Shown: one piece after another, positions 19,572 through 28,207 of the stretch
Position numbering within the stretch: position 1 is the first letter of the stretch
How the letters are laid out: every line of letters begins with the position of its first letter
Source: Bacteroidota bacterium
GTDB taxonomy: Bacteria; Bacteroidota; Bacteroidia; Flavobacteriales; BACL11
Assembly: GCA_036337275.1 (NCBI GenBank)
Contig: JAYZEM010000003.1
Coordinates: forward strand, 14,609 to 78,608
Reading direction: 5' to 3'
Length of the DNA stretch: 64,000 nt
Notes under the pieces: generated by a model
Told to the model about the DNA's origin: nothing
The model's input: the letters and a program-made list of their open reading frames with translations, nothing else
Database searches by the model: none
Made by a program: the position numbers and the translations under genes

Positions 19572-21029
19572 TTAATTATTACTTTCTTCTTCTTCCCTCT
19601 CTATAATTTTTACAATTTGCTTGTCACTTATTCTTTTAGCAATAATTTTTTTCTTCCTATCTAAAAGATAAATAACTGGAGTAGAATGAATATCATATTG
19701 CTCGCGCCAATTGGATGTAGCAACAGGATTACCCTCTTCATCAAACTGAATATCTCCCACATTTATCCAATTACCTGTATTGTGTTTACCTATGAATTCT
19801 TTCCATTTTTCTACATCAAACTCAGTAGTTACTGCAAACACTTTCACATCTATTCCACAACTGGATAAAGAGTCGCAAACCGCTTTTACTTTTGGAGCCT
19901 CTTTATTACAATGACCACAATCAGGGTCATAAAAGAAAAGCAAGGTGTAGTCTGCTTGCAAATGATAAAGAGAATGAAAGCGGCCTGAAGTGTCTTTAAA
20001 CACCAAGTTTGGCGGCTTCTTACCTATCATATTTGGGCTAATTCTATTAGCCCTTTCAATTATTTTTTCCAGTTGTTTCTCCCTTACCCAATCACACTCT
20101 CCATTCATATAGTATTTTTCCACCATATGCACAAAAACAGCATCCATCCCCATAATTTTGGATCGTTCATAGGTAGAAGTGATGTAAGAAACCACATATT
20201 GAAATACTTCTTTATCTCGTCTTGAGTTTTCAACTAAAATGTCTGCAGAAACAATAATAGAGTCAGGATTTTTGGGTGTCATTTTTTCTAAATACTGATC
20301 CATTTTATTAAAGAACACTGGCGTTCTCAACATCCTAGCATCTGAAAAGTCCATATTATCCCAAAAATGCTTTCTATAATAGTAAAATTGAAAATTCGCT
20401 TTTGGTTTTCCAGTGGAATCTAATGGAGTTTCTGGAATTTCAATATCGGTTGTAGCTCGAATAATTTTACTGAAAAATACATCAGGATATTTTTTATAAA
20501 AATTGTTTCTATACTCTCTTACATCATCATCAACTTTACTTATTTCAGCTTGTATTTTCGCTTTTTCGGCATCCGAACTTGCGTTGTCTTGCTTTTCCTT
20601 TAAGGGTCCTACTTCTTTTTGTTTCTCAGTAATGTAATTCAGATAAGTATAAAAAGCCGTATTTTCCTTTGAGTTTTGGAAACGCATAGCAGCAACTAGA
20701 TTATTTTTATCTGTTGTAAAGGAAAAATGTTGTTCTGAAATGATTAACTCAAAATATTTACCATCAGGAAGAACAAGTAAATAAATACCTCCCTCAAGTA
20801 CCTTTTCTCCACTAAAAGTGAGCTTCCCATCTTCTATATCAGTAGTATCACTTGCATATTGCTTTCCTCCAAAATAATAGGCTAAAATTGCTGTGGTATC
20901 TTGTATGTTTTTTATCTCTCCGCTTATTTTATAACCATCTTTTGATTTGGCTAATAGTTGAGATAAGTTTTGTGGAATTGAATTAGTAGAAAAGCAAAAA
21001 AACAGAAGTAATAATATTATATTTTTCAT
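19572..21029 (-). CDS. Exported thioredoxin/TlpA-like redoxin with DUF5106-type N-terminal region
   Basis: YDPDCGHC (CxxC) and HFWDN; start reassigned to MKNIILL at 21029. Confidence 0.85.
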   Translation of the reverse strand: MKNIILLLLFFCFSTNSIPQNLSQLLAKSKDGYKISGEIKNIQDTTAILAYYFGGKQYASDTTDIEDGKLTFSGEKVLEGGIYLLVLPDGKYFELIISEQHFSFTTDKNNLVAAMRFQNSKENTAFYTYLNYITEKQKEVGPLKEKQDNASSDAEKAKIQAEISKVDDDVREYRNNFYKKYPDVFFSKIIRATTDIEIPETPLDSTGKPKANFQFYYYRKHFWDNMDFSDARMLRTPVFFNKMDQYLEKMTPKNPDSIIVSADILVENSRRDKEVFQYVVSYITSTYERSKIMGMDAVFVHMVEKYYMNGECDWVREKQLEKIIERANRISPNMIGKKPPNLVFKDTSGRFHSLYHLQADYTLLFFYDPDCGHCNKEAPKVKAVCDSLSSCGIDVKVFAVTTEFDVEKWKEFIGKHNTGNWINVGDIQFDEEGNPVATSNWREQYDIHSTPVIYLLDRKKKIIAKRISDKQIVKIIEREEEESNN

Positions 21030-21059
21030 TTTAAATATTTTGAATTTGAAAAAGAAAGG

Positions 21060-21067
21060 CAAAATTA
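21060..21067 (-). promoter_or_regulatory. -7 promoter element (TAATTTTG) for the redoxin gene
   Basis: TAnnTTTG match; supports the start at 21029. Confidence 0.5.
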
Positions 21068-21093
21068 AGAATCAAAATGATTCTAGCAAGATT

Positions 21094-21972
21094 CTATTGT
21101 TTGTTTTTTAGCACCCCCTCTAAAGAAACAACTGCTATAATTACACTGCCACCAATATAAAAAGAAGGACTCATCTTCTCAGCATCTCCAAAGATTAAAA
21201 GAGCTAGTAAAATACTGTAAATAGGCTCGAGATTTATAGCCATTATAAGAGAATATGGCGTAATATGTTTCATTATTTCTGTCATCCAAACAAATACTCC
21301 TGCTGTGCAGACAGTTCCTAAAATAAGTAAATAACAAAAATCTGACATCGAGATAAAAGAGGTAAACAAAGAATAATCTTGATTACATAAAAACAAGCAA
21401 CTAATTATGAAGATGCCTGTTAACATTTCAATCATAGTAATCTTTGCCGCATCAATTTTTCCGATATACTTTGCATTAAAGATTGTAAATAGCGTACCTA
21501 GGAACGCAGCTATTAACCCAAAAACATAACCAGTAACATATTTTGATTCAGCACCTAATATATATATTAACGCAGCAATAACAACAAGGCTCATAATAAC
21601 CTCATATCTTAACAACTTCCTTTTAAAAAGAATAGGTTCTAAAATTGCTGCAAACAAGGAAGAAGTTGCTAAACATACAACTGCAACTGACACATTTGAT
21701 ACTTTTATTGAATGAAAAAAACACAACCAATGAAGAGTAACTAAAACACCAACACCAACAATACCTAAAAAATCTTTTCTTTTAATAGAGAATAGTTGAT
21801 TCTTAAATACTAAAAATATAGCTAGCGTAATGAAGGCTATTAGCATTCGATACCATACTAAGTGAATAGCTTCTAAGGTAATTAATTTTCCAAAAATACC
21901 AGTAAAACCCAATACTAAAACCATAATATGGAGTGAGCTCATTTTATATTTCTTGATAAGATGATATAACAT
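21094..21972 (-). CDS. EamA/DMT family transporter
   Basis: About 10 TM segments; GFTGIFGKLI and NLEPIY; start uncertain (21972 or 21942). Confidence 0.88.
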   Translation of the reverse strand: MLYHLIKKYKMSSLHIMVLVLGFTGIFGKLITLEAIHLVWYRMLIAFITLAIFLVFKNQLFSIKRKDFLGIVGVGVLVTLHWLCFFHSIKVSNVSVAVVCLATSSLFAAILEPILFKRKLLRYEVIMSLVVIAALIYILGAESKYVTGYVFGLIAAFLGTLFTIFNAKYIGKIDAAKITMIEMLTGIFIISCLFLCNQDYSLFTSFISMSDFCYLLILGTVCTAGVFVWMTEIMKHITPYSLIMAINLEPIYSILLALLIFGDAEKMSPSFYIGGSVIIAVVSLEGVLKNKQ

Positions 21973-21984
21973 AAATGAATTTGA

Positions 21985-21992
21985 TAAATTTG
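21985..21992 (+). promoter_or_regulatory. -7 promoter element (TAAATTTG) for yaaA
   Basis: TAnnTTTG ending 13 nt before the ATG. Confidence 0.5.
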
Positions 21993-22005
21993 TGCAATAA
22001 TACAA

Positions 22006-22776
22006 ATGAACATGAAAATAATTATCTCACCTGCAAAAAAGATTGATAACAGTGACAATAAAGAAGATATTAGATTCTCACACTGTTCTTTTCTAAATGA
22101 ATCGAAAGAATTAATAGAAATCTTAAAAGGTTTTACGCCAACTGAGTTGTCAAAAATAATGGGTATAAGTCATAATTTAGGCTTATTAAATGCTGATAGG
22201 TATGTAAATTGGTCATTACCATTTAATACAGAAAACTCAAAACAAGCTATACTTTCATTTAGTGGTAGTGTCTACCAAGGGATGAATGTTAATGATTTTG
22301 ATAATAATGATTTTGATTTTGCACAGAAACACCTAAGAATATTATCTGGTCTATATGGAATACTAAAACCTCTTGATTTAATCCAGCCATACCGATTAGA
22401 AATGAGTGCAAAATTAAAAACTGAGAAAGGGAAAAACCTATACTACTTCTGGGGAAACCTCTTGACAAAATATATGAAAAAAGAAATACAAGAACATAAA
22501 GATGATTATCTTGTTAATCTAGCTTCAAATGAATACAGTAAAGCTATAAATATCAATGAGTTAGGAGTCCCTTTTATAACTCCTGTTTTTAAAGATTTAA
22601 AAAATAATAAATTGAAAGTAATCTCTTTCTTTGCTAAAAAGGCAAGGGGTAAAATGTGTAGATTTATAATCAAGAATAAGCTGACCGCAATAAAAGAATT
22701 GCAAGAATTTAATGATGATGGATATATTTTTGATAAAGATCTTTCAACAGATTCTGAATTGATATACACAAGATAG
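22006..22776 (+). CDS. yaaA: Peroxide stress protein YaaA (DUF328)
   Basis: ISPAKK, ILSGLYGILKPLD..YRLEM, NLASNEY and AKKARG. Confidence 0.95.
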   Translation: MNMKIIISPAKKIDNSDNKEDIRFSHCSFLNESKELIEILKGFTPTELSKIMGISHNLGLLNADRYVNWSLPFNTENSKQAILSFSGSVYQGMNVNDFDNNDFDFAQKHLRILSGLYGILKPLDLIQPYRLEMSAKLKTEKGKNLYYFWGNLLTKYMKKEIQEHKDDYLVNLASNEYSKAININELGVPFITPVFKDLKNNKLKVISFFAKKARGKMCRFIIKNKLTAIKELQEFNDDGYIFDKDLSTDSELIYTR

Positions 22777-22844
22777 TATCAGTTAATCTGAAGATTAATT
22801 AATTGTGTCTGTTTTTTTAACTAAATTTACACCAAACTTCAATC

Positions 22845-24047
22845 ATGAAAAAGCAAATACTTCTATTACTATTACTCCTTTTACATGTACAAGCAATTAG
22901 CCAGATAAGTCCTTGTACTTTAACAGGAGGTAATGTTTACATCGACCATAATAGTCCGCCTTGGATGATGAACGCAACTGTTAACGGAATGTCTACATAC
23001 TCATATGCTTGGATCGATACAAATGGCGTAGTAGTGAGCACAGGTAATCAAACTCCGTTCTATACTCGATGGTGTGTGACAATTACAGATAATATAACAG
23101 CCTGCGACACCACAATCTGCCAAGACTGCATTGCAGATTCTAATTCTTTATGTGCGTGTCCTATGATTTATATGCCTGTATGTGGCTGTGATGGTCTAAT
23201 GTACTCAAATTATTGTATTGCAGATTGTGCAGATGTACCGTGGGTTCCTGCGACTTCAAATGGTATGCCAGGAGGGTTTCTTGCATGCTCAACATGGACA
23301 CCAACGTTTGGACAAAACTCTTGTGGTGTGGAAATATCTGGGGATAGTATTTTATGTAATTGGTTAAACCCGCAAGTTCTAACAGCTTCTCCAAATGCCG
23401 TAACTACATTGCCAGTAACTTATCAATGGTACGGAAACGGAATGTCATCGAATAGTAATGTCTTGACAATTAATAGTCCTGGAACATATTGCGTAACACA
23501 AATAGATGCAAATGGATGTATTGATTCAACTTGTATTAATGTTATGGTTCAGGATATTCCAATTTATACAGTTCCTTCACCACCAATTATTTGTCTTGGA
23601 GACTCCATTGTTTTAGAGATTGATACTTTTGGTTTATCTAATATAGGTTGGGTTCCTAATAGCTTACCTACTCCTCCTGTACATAGAATTGTAGATGTTC
23701 CTATATTCTCACATGCATACATAGTAGAAGCTATTGACACGGTTGGCTGTGAGAGAAGGGGTGAAATATTTGTAATAGTAGACTCATGCAGTACATCTAT
23801 GAATGAGTTATTCAATAAACAATTAAAAATATACCCAAACCCTACATCTGGAAAAGTAAACGTAGAACTTCCGAAAGGTGTGGTAGTTGATATTAGTTTA
23901 ACAGATTTACAAGGAAGGGTTATACATCAAAAGGAAGATGTTTTTGAAAAGTATATTTTTAATACTAAAGAAGTTGCAAAAGGAATGTACTTGATTAAAG
24001 TTGATAGTCAAAAAGGAAAGTATAGTAGAAAATTACTTGTTGAATAA
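22845..24047 (+). CDS. Cys-rich T9SS type A cargo protein with a Kazal-type inhibitor domain
   Basis: Signal peptide; CPMIYMPVCGCDGLMYSNYC (Kazal); IYPNPT...KGMYLIKV (type A CTD). Confidence 0.85.
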   Translation: MKKQILLLLLLLLHVQAISQISPCTLTGGNVYIDHNSPPWMMNATVNGMSTYSYAWIDTNGVVVSTGNQTPFYTRWCVTITDNITACDTTICQDCIADSNSLCACPMIYMPVCGCDGLMYSNYCIADCADVPWVPATSNGMPGGFLACSTWTPTFGQNSCGVEISGDSILCNWLNPQVLTASPNAVTTLPVTYQWYGNGMSSNSNVLTINSPGTYCVTQIDANGCIDSTCINVMVQDIPIYTVPSPPIICLGDSIVLEIDTFGLSNIGWVPNSLPTPPVHRIVDVPIFSHAYIVEAIDTVGCERRGEIFVIVDSCSTSMNELFNKQLKIYPNPTSGKVNVELPKGVVVDISLTDLQGRVIHQKEDVFEKYIFNTKEVAKGMYLIKVDSQKGKYSRKLLVE

Positions 24048-24973
24048 TGATTTTAAGAAATATCATAAAAGCTACTTTTACGATAAGCATATTGCTTTTA
24101 TTGTTTTCTGCTTGTAAAAAAGAAAAACAGGTAGTTGGCAATAATAATGCTCCTTACTATGCAGAAGTCCCAACCGTCTTAGTTGAGTTTTATGTCAATC
24201 GGATTTTTATAGATTTGATTGGACGAGAACCTTTTGATGAGGAAATGACAAATGAAGTGGCTTTTCTAAGAACTTATGATTTATCAAAGGAAGGGAGGGA
24301 TTCTTTAATTCTAAAGTTGCAAACAGATACTAATTATATTCCTGGAGATTCTTCATATAAAATAGCTTATTACCATAGAATGTATGAAATTCTTAAAGTG
24401 AGGATGATTGAAGGGGCTTCTAATGCAGAAATTAACCAATTTAGCTACAATGCTTACAATCAATATGTAGTAGATTCTATTGCTGGAAAAATGCTTGATG
24501 CATACAACAAACTGCTCAAGTATCATAACCTGAATGATGTTATCAAATCTGAAATACAGTATTATAATGGGGAAATAAATATAATGAATGTACATAGAAG
24601 AATGATTTATAATGCGGTATATGATGAGATTAATATGAATGTTTTCAATTACATCAACGCCGTGTTTGATAATCTTTTATTCAGATACCCTACAACATTT
24701 GAATTTGATGAATCGTATAAAATGATATCGGATAATACACCACAAATTCTGCTGGGACAATCTGGGCAAAGCAAATATGATTTTGCCAACATTATTTGCA
24801 ACTCTAGGGAATTTTATGAAGGTGTAATCCAGTGGGCTTATCTTACCCTGCTTGCAAGGGCTCCCACATCAGAGGAGGCTGACATACTGATGAATACTTT
24901 TTATTATGATTATGACTTTCAATATGTGCAAAGACAAATAATGATCTCAGATGAATACGCGCATTTTAAATAA
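24047..24973 (+). CDS. Hypothetical lipoprotein with DUF1549/DUF1553-like helical repeats
   Basis: FSAC lipobox; YVNRIFIDLIGREP..EE, FDNLLFRYPT..E and YLTLLARAPTSEE. Confidence 0.65.
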   Translation: MILRNIIKATFTISILLLLFSACKKEKQVVGNNNAPYYAEVPTVLVEFYVNRIFIDLIGREPFDEEMTNEVAFLRTYDLSKEGRDSLILKLQTDTNYIPGDSSYKIAYYHRMYEILKVRMIEGASNAEINQFSYNAYNQYVVDSIAGKMLDAYNKLLKYHNLNDVIKSEIQYYNGEINIMNVHRRMIYNAVYDEINMNVFNYINAVFDNLLFRYPTTFEFDESYKMISDNTPQILLGQSGQSKYDFANIICNSREFYEGVIQWAYLTLLARAPTSEEADILMNTFYYDYDFQYVQRQIMISDEYAHFK

Positions 24974-24979
24974 AATATT

Positions 24980-25465
24980 ATGAAAAATTTAACTCTTCTA
25001 TTGCTTTGTTTTGCTCTTATTTTATCGGCTTGTAAAAAAGAGGAGGAGATTATTTATGATGTTAATCAAGTAAATGCCAATTCATATAATTCCGGAAAAG
25101 ATAAATTAAAGAGCATTTCCCAATACATTTCTATTCTTTATGCTAATTTGTTTCAAAAGGCACTATCGGCCAATGAATTAGTAGAAATTTCAAATTGTAT
25201 AATATCCATTGGCGACAAAGAGGTGGCAAACGAAGTTGTATTGAGTAATTTTATGAATAAAACAGGAGTTATTATGCCATCTGATTCATTGATGAGATCA
25301 GATTTGGATGCTTTTTTGGAAGAAACTTACAATCGTTTTTTTATTCGCAACATCACAGAAGCTGAAAGAGAGTTTTTCAAAAACTTTTTAGAATCGAATC
25401 CGGATGTTTCTGTTGAAATGGTTTATACTGCCTTTTCACTTTCCAATGAATATCAATTCTACTAA
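24980..25465 (+). CDS. Hypothetical lipoprotein (related helical repeats)
   Basis: LSAC lipobox; FLEETYNRFFIRNITEAE; C-terminal SNEYQFY resembles SDEYAHF of the upstream gene. Confidence 0.7.
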   Translation: MKNLTLLLLCFALILSACKKEEEIIYDVNQVNANSYNSGKDKLKSISQYISILYANLFQKALSANELVEISNCIISIGDKEVANEVVLSNFMNKTGVIMPSDSLMRSDLDAFLEETYNRFFIRNITEAEREFFKNFLESNPDVSVEMVYTAFSLSNEYQFY

Positions 25466-25477
25466 AATGCCAAAAAA

Positions 25478-26809
25478 ATGAAAAGAAGAAATTTTATTAA
25501 AAAAACAGTACTAGGCTCAGCAGCAGCCATTAGCATTCCATATATTTTACCAGCTGGAAGATTGTTCGCTCAAAGTGGAGCTAAACTGGCCGATCATGTG
25601 GTTTTTGTGGCATTCGCAGGAGGGTTGCGACAACAAGAGTCTGTTTTACAGAGGTATCTGGATGATAGCCAACAATATCCTTCTGCTGGAAACATCATGT
25701 ATAATATGTTTAATGGTGCTCCTCCAAATGATAAAATTGTATATGGAACAACACAAGTAGTCCAAGGTGATACGCCTATTCCTAAAATCCTAAACCAAAC
25801 CTTTGAAAGTCAAGGTACGCTATTTAGAGAAGTCAATTCCTCTTTTGTTGGGCATTATGGAGGATTGAATACTTTACTTACAGGAAACTATTTGTATTCC
25901 CAAGGACTTAGAAATAAACCCACAATGCCAACAATTTTTGAGTATTTGAGAAGATACACAGGGGAGAAGGCTACAAAATGTTGGTATGTAGGTAATGGTA
26001 TTGGTAATTCTATTCCGCTTTTAGACTATAGCACACATGCTGAATACGGCTCTCGGTTTGGTGCAAACTTTTTAGCACCCACCATCACTTTTGGATCGGA
26101 TGGGGAAAAGCATTTGAAAAATGCAAAAATATATCATCCAGAAGATGAACTTGCTCCCATGTATAAAATGAAATACTTTTTGGATAATGTGTGGTATTCT
26201 CAAGGGAAAACATTGCCATCAATTGGAAATACTGAAGAAGAAAAAGCAGAAATAAAACAGTTTATTGCTGATATGTTTGTAAAAAAAGAAGCTGGAGCCA
26301 TAGCTTTTCCGCCAGTTGGTGGAGGTGATAATGCAACCATTGGATACGCTTGTGAAGTAATTAAGCGTTTCAAACCTACCTTAACGGTTGTATATCTTTC
26401 TTCTGTTGACAGTTGTCATGCTAATTTCTCATCTTATCTAAGGAATATTCATGCGTCAGATCATGGAACGGCTCATCTTTGGGATTTTATACAAACACAA
26501 GTGCCAGAAATGGCTGGCAATACTGCAATGATTATTATGCCAGAACATGGGAGAAATGATGAGGCTAATGGTATTATTGATCAGAATGCTTTTTGGGCTT
26601 ATGATCATTCTGATGCAAATTCAAGAAGAATTTTTGGAATGATGGCAGGGCCAAGTATTGATGCTAATTTATCTGTTGGAAGTGAAAGCAACCAAATTGG
26701 TGATATTGTAAATGTAGCGCCCACCATTGCTGAAATTCTTGGATTTAAGAATGAGATGTTAAGCTCTGGTTTAACAACTTCTAATCAATCCTTATTTGAT
26801 TTGATCTAA
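25478..26809 (+). CDS. Tat-exported alkaline-phosphatase-superfamily protein (DUF1501-like)
   Basis: KRRNFIKK Tat motif; VVFVAFAGG, VDSCH, IIMPEHGR, YDH and VAPTIAEILG. Confidence 0.7.
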   Translation: MKRRNFIKKTVLGSAAAISIPYILPAGRLFAQSGAKLADHVVFVAFAGGLRQQESVLQRYLDDSQQYPSAGNIMYNMFNGAPPNDKIVYGTTQVVQGDTPIPKILNQTFESQGTLFREVNSSFVGHYGGLNTLLTGNYLYSQGLRNKPTMPTIFEYLRRYTGEKATKCWYVGNGIGNSIPLLDYSTHAEYGSRFGANFLAPTITFGSDGEKHLKNAKIYHPEDELAPMYKMKYFLDNVWYSQGKTLPSIGNTEEEKAEIKQFIADMFVKKEAGAIAFPPVGGGDNATIGYACEVIKRFKPTLTVVYLSSVDSCHANFSSYLRNIHASDHGTAHLWDFIQTQVPEMAGNTAMIIMPEHGRNDEANGIIDQNAFWAYDHSDANSRRIFGMMAGPSIDANLSVGSESNQIGDIVNVAPTIAEILGFKNEMLSSGLTTSNQSLFDLI

Positions 26810-26813
26810 TTAG

Positions 26814-27779
26814 ATGAAAAAGCTTCTGTTTATATCCTCCCTAATATTGCTTTTTAGTCATTGCGAGAAGGAGAAAGTAGTAAATCCTTATGATGACACT
26901 TCTTTGGATCCACCGCTAGAAGATACTGTAAATTATTTTTCCGATCCACAAGCATTTTCGGCACTTCATTCTAATGTGTTTATGCCTTATTGTGCTAATT
27001 CTGGATGTCATGACGGTAGTTTTGAGCCGGATTTTAGAACAATAGAGAGCGCCTATAATACGCTTATCTATCATCCTATTATAAAAAATGATCCGCAAAA
27101 CACTTATTCTTATAGAGTAATTCCTGGAAATTCAGATATGTCTGTTATGTATAAAAGGATGTTAATTGATATTGATAGTTTGTCAGGAATTATGCCATTA
27201 GATGCATCAATAGAGTATGATCCCACACAATCACACGCTTGGCATGGGGAAAAAGAAAAATACATACAAAACATTAAAGATTGGATAGAGGGAGGCGCAA
27301 AAGATATGTTTGGTAACTCTGCTGCACAAGCTAATTTATTGCCAAGAATGAAAGGGATGTTAGCTTACATCACAGGGCAAGTAACTGTTCTGCCTAGAGA
27401 TGGTTTTAGAGGATCGATACTTATCCCTACTAGTGTAAATTCGCTTGATTTATGGTTTTGCGTCACTGATGATCAGTTAACTGCTAATCAACTTACCTAC
27501 AATAAAATAAAGTATTCTGCTTCACTTTTTAATTTTGAAAATCAACCAGAGTATAGCCTGGATGTACAAGTATCTCCACTTTTAGAAACTGGATATTATG
27601 GCGCTACAAATATTGTAGAATACTACCATAAATACATCTTAGATGTAAGCAGTTATAGCTCTGGTGATATTGTGTTTGTAAAAATTTATGTGCAAGATAA
27701 TGTGAATAATGTAACTGAAATCCCAACCAATGGTAGTCAGTATCAAATTGTAAAATACTTTACACTAGAGTTTATATAA
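26814..27779 (+). CDS. Lipoprotein with a planctomycete-type cytochrome c domain (CX4CH)
   Basis: FSHC lipobox; CANSGCH, IPGNSDMS, GIMPL and IKDWIEGGA. Confidence 0.7.
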   Translation: MKKLLFISSLILLFSHCEKEKVVNPYDDTSLDPPLEDTVNYFSDPQAFSALHSNVFMPYCANSGCHDGSFEPDFRTIESAYNTLIYHPIIKNDPQNTYSYRVIPGNSDMSVMYKRMLIDIDSLSGIMPLDASIEYDPTQSHAWHGEKEKYIQNIKDWIEGGAKDMFGNSAAQANLLPRMKGMLAYITGQVTVLPRDGFRGSILIPTSVNSLDLWFCVTDDQLTANQLTYNKIKYSASLFNFENQPEYSLDVQVSPLLETGYYGATNIVEYYHKYILDVSSYSSGDIVFVKIYVQDNVNNVTEIPTNGSQYQIVKYFTLEFI

Positions 27780-28207
27780 TGAAAAAATACCTATTACTAG
27801 CACTTTTGCTGCTTACTTTCTCTTGTAAAAAAGATGAAGCAACACCAGAATTCAGGATATCTTTGATAAATACTACTCCAACTACTTTACAAGAATTTCA
27901 GGAGAATGTACTAGTAACTATTACCTACCAACATCCAGAAGGTTTTTTAGGTTTTACTGATCCTGATTATTTATCAATAGAAATCCATGATAGCCGCCTT
28001 ACAAATCCGGATTATTATCATTTACAACCACTCGCTCCTCCAAACGAGAATATTTCAATTCAAGGAGAGATTAATGTAGAAATTGACTCTCCCTTTCGTT
28101 TTGGAAATGGTAATTCTGAAACTTTAACTTACTCATTACGAATACAAGATAATAATAAGAATTGGAGCAACACTATTGTCACTCCAACTATAACGGTAAA
28201 TAAATAA
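27779..28207 (+). CDS. Hypothetical beta-rich lipoprotein
   Basis: TFSC-KKDE lipobox; TAATG overlap on both sides. Confidence 0.75.
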   Translation: MKKYLLLALLLLTFSCKKDEATPEFRISLINTTPTTLQEFQENVLVTITYQHPEGFLGFTDPDYLSIEIHDSRLTNPDYYHLQPLAPPNENISIQGEINVEIDSPFRFGNGNSETLTYSLRIQDNNKNWSNTIVTPTITVNK

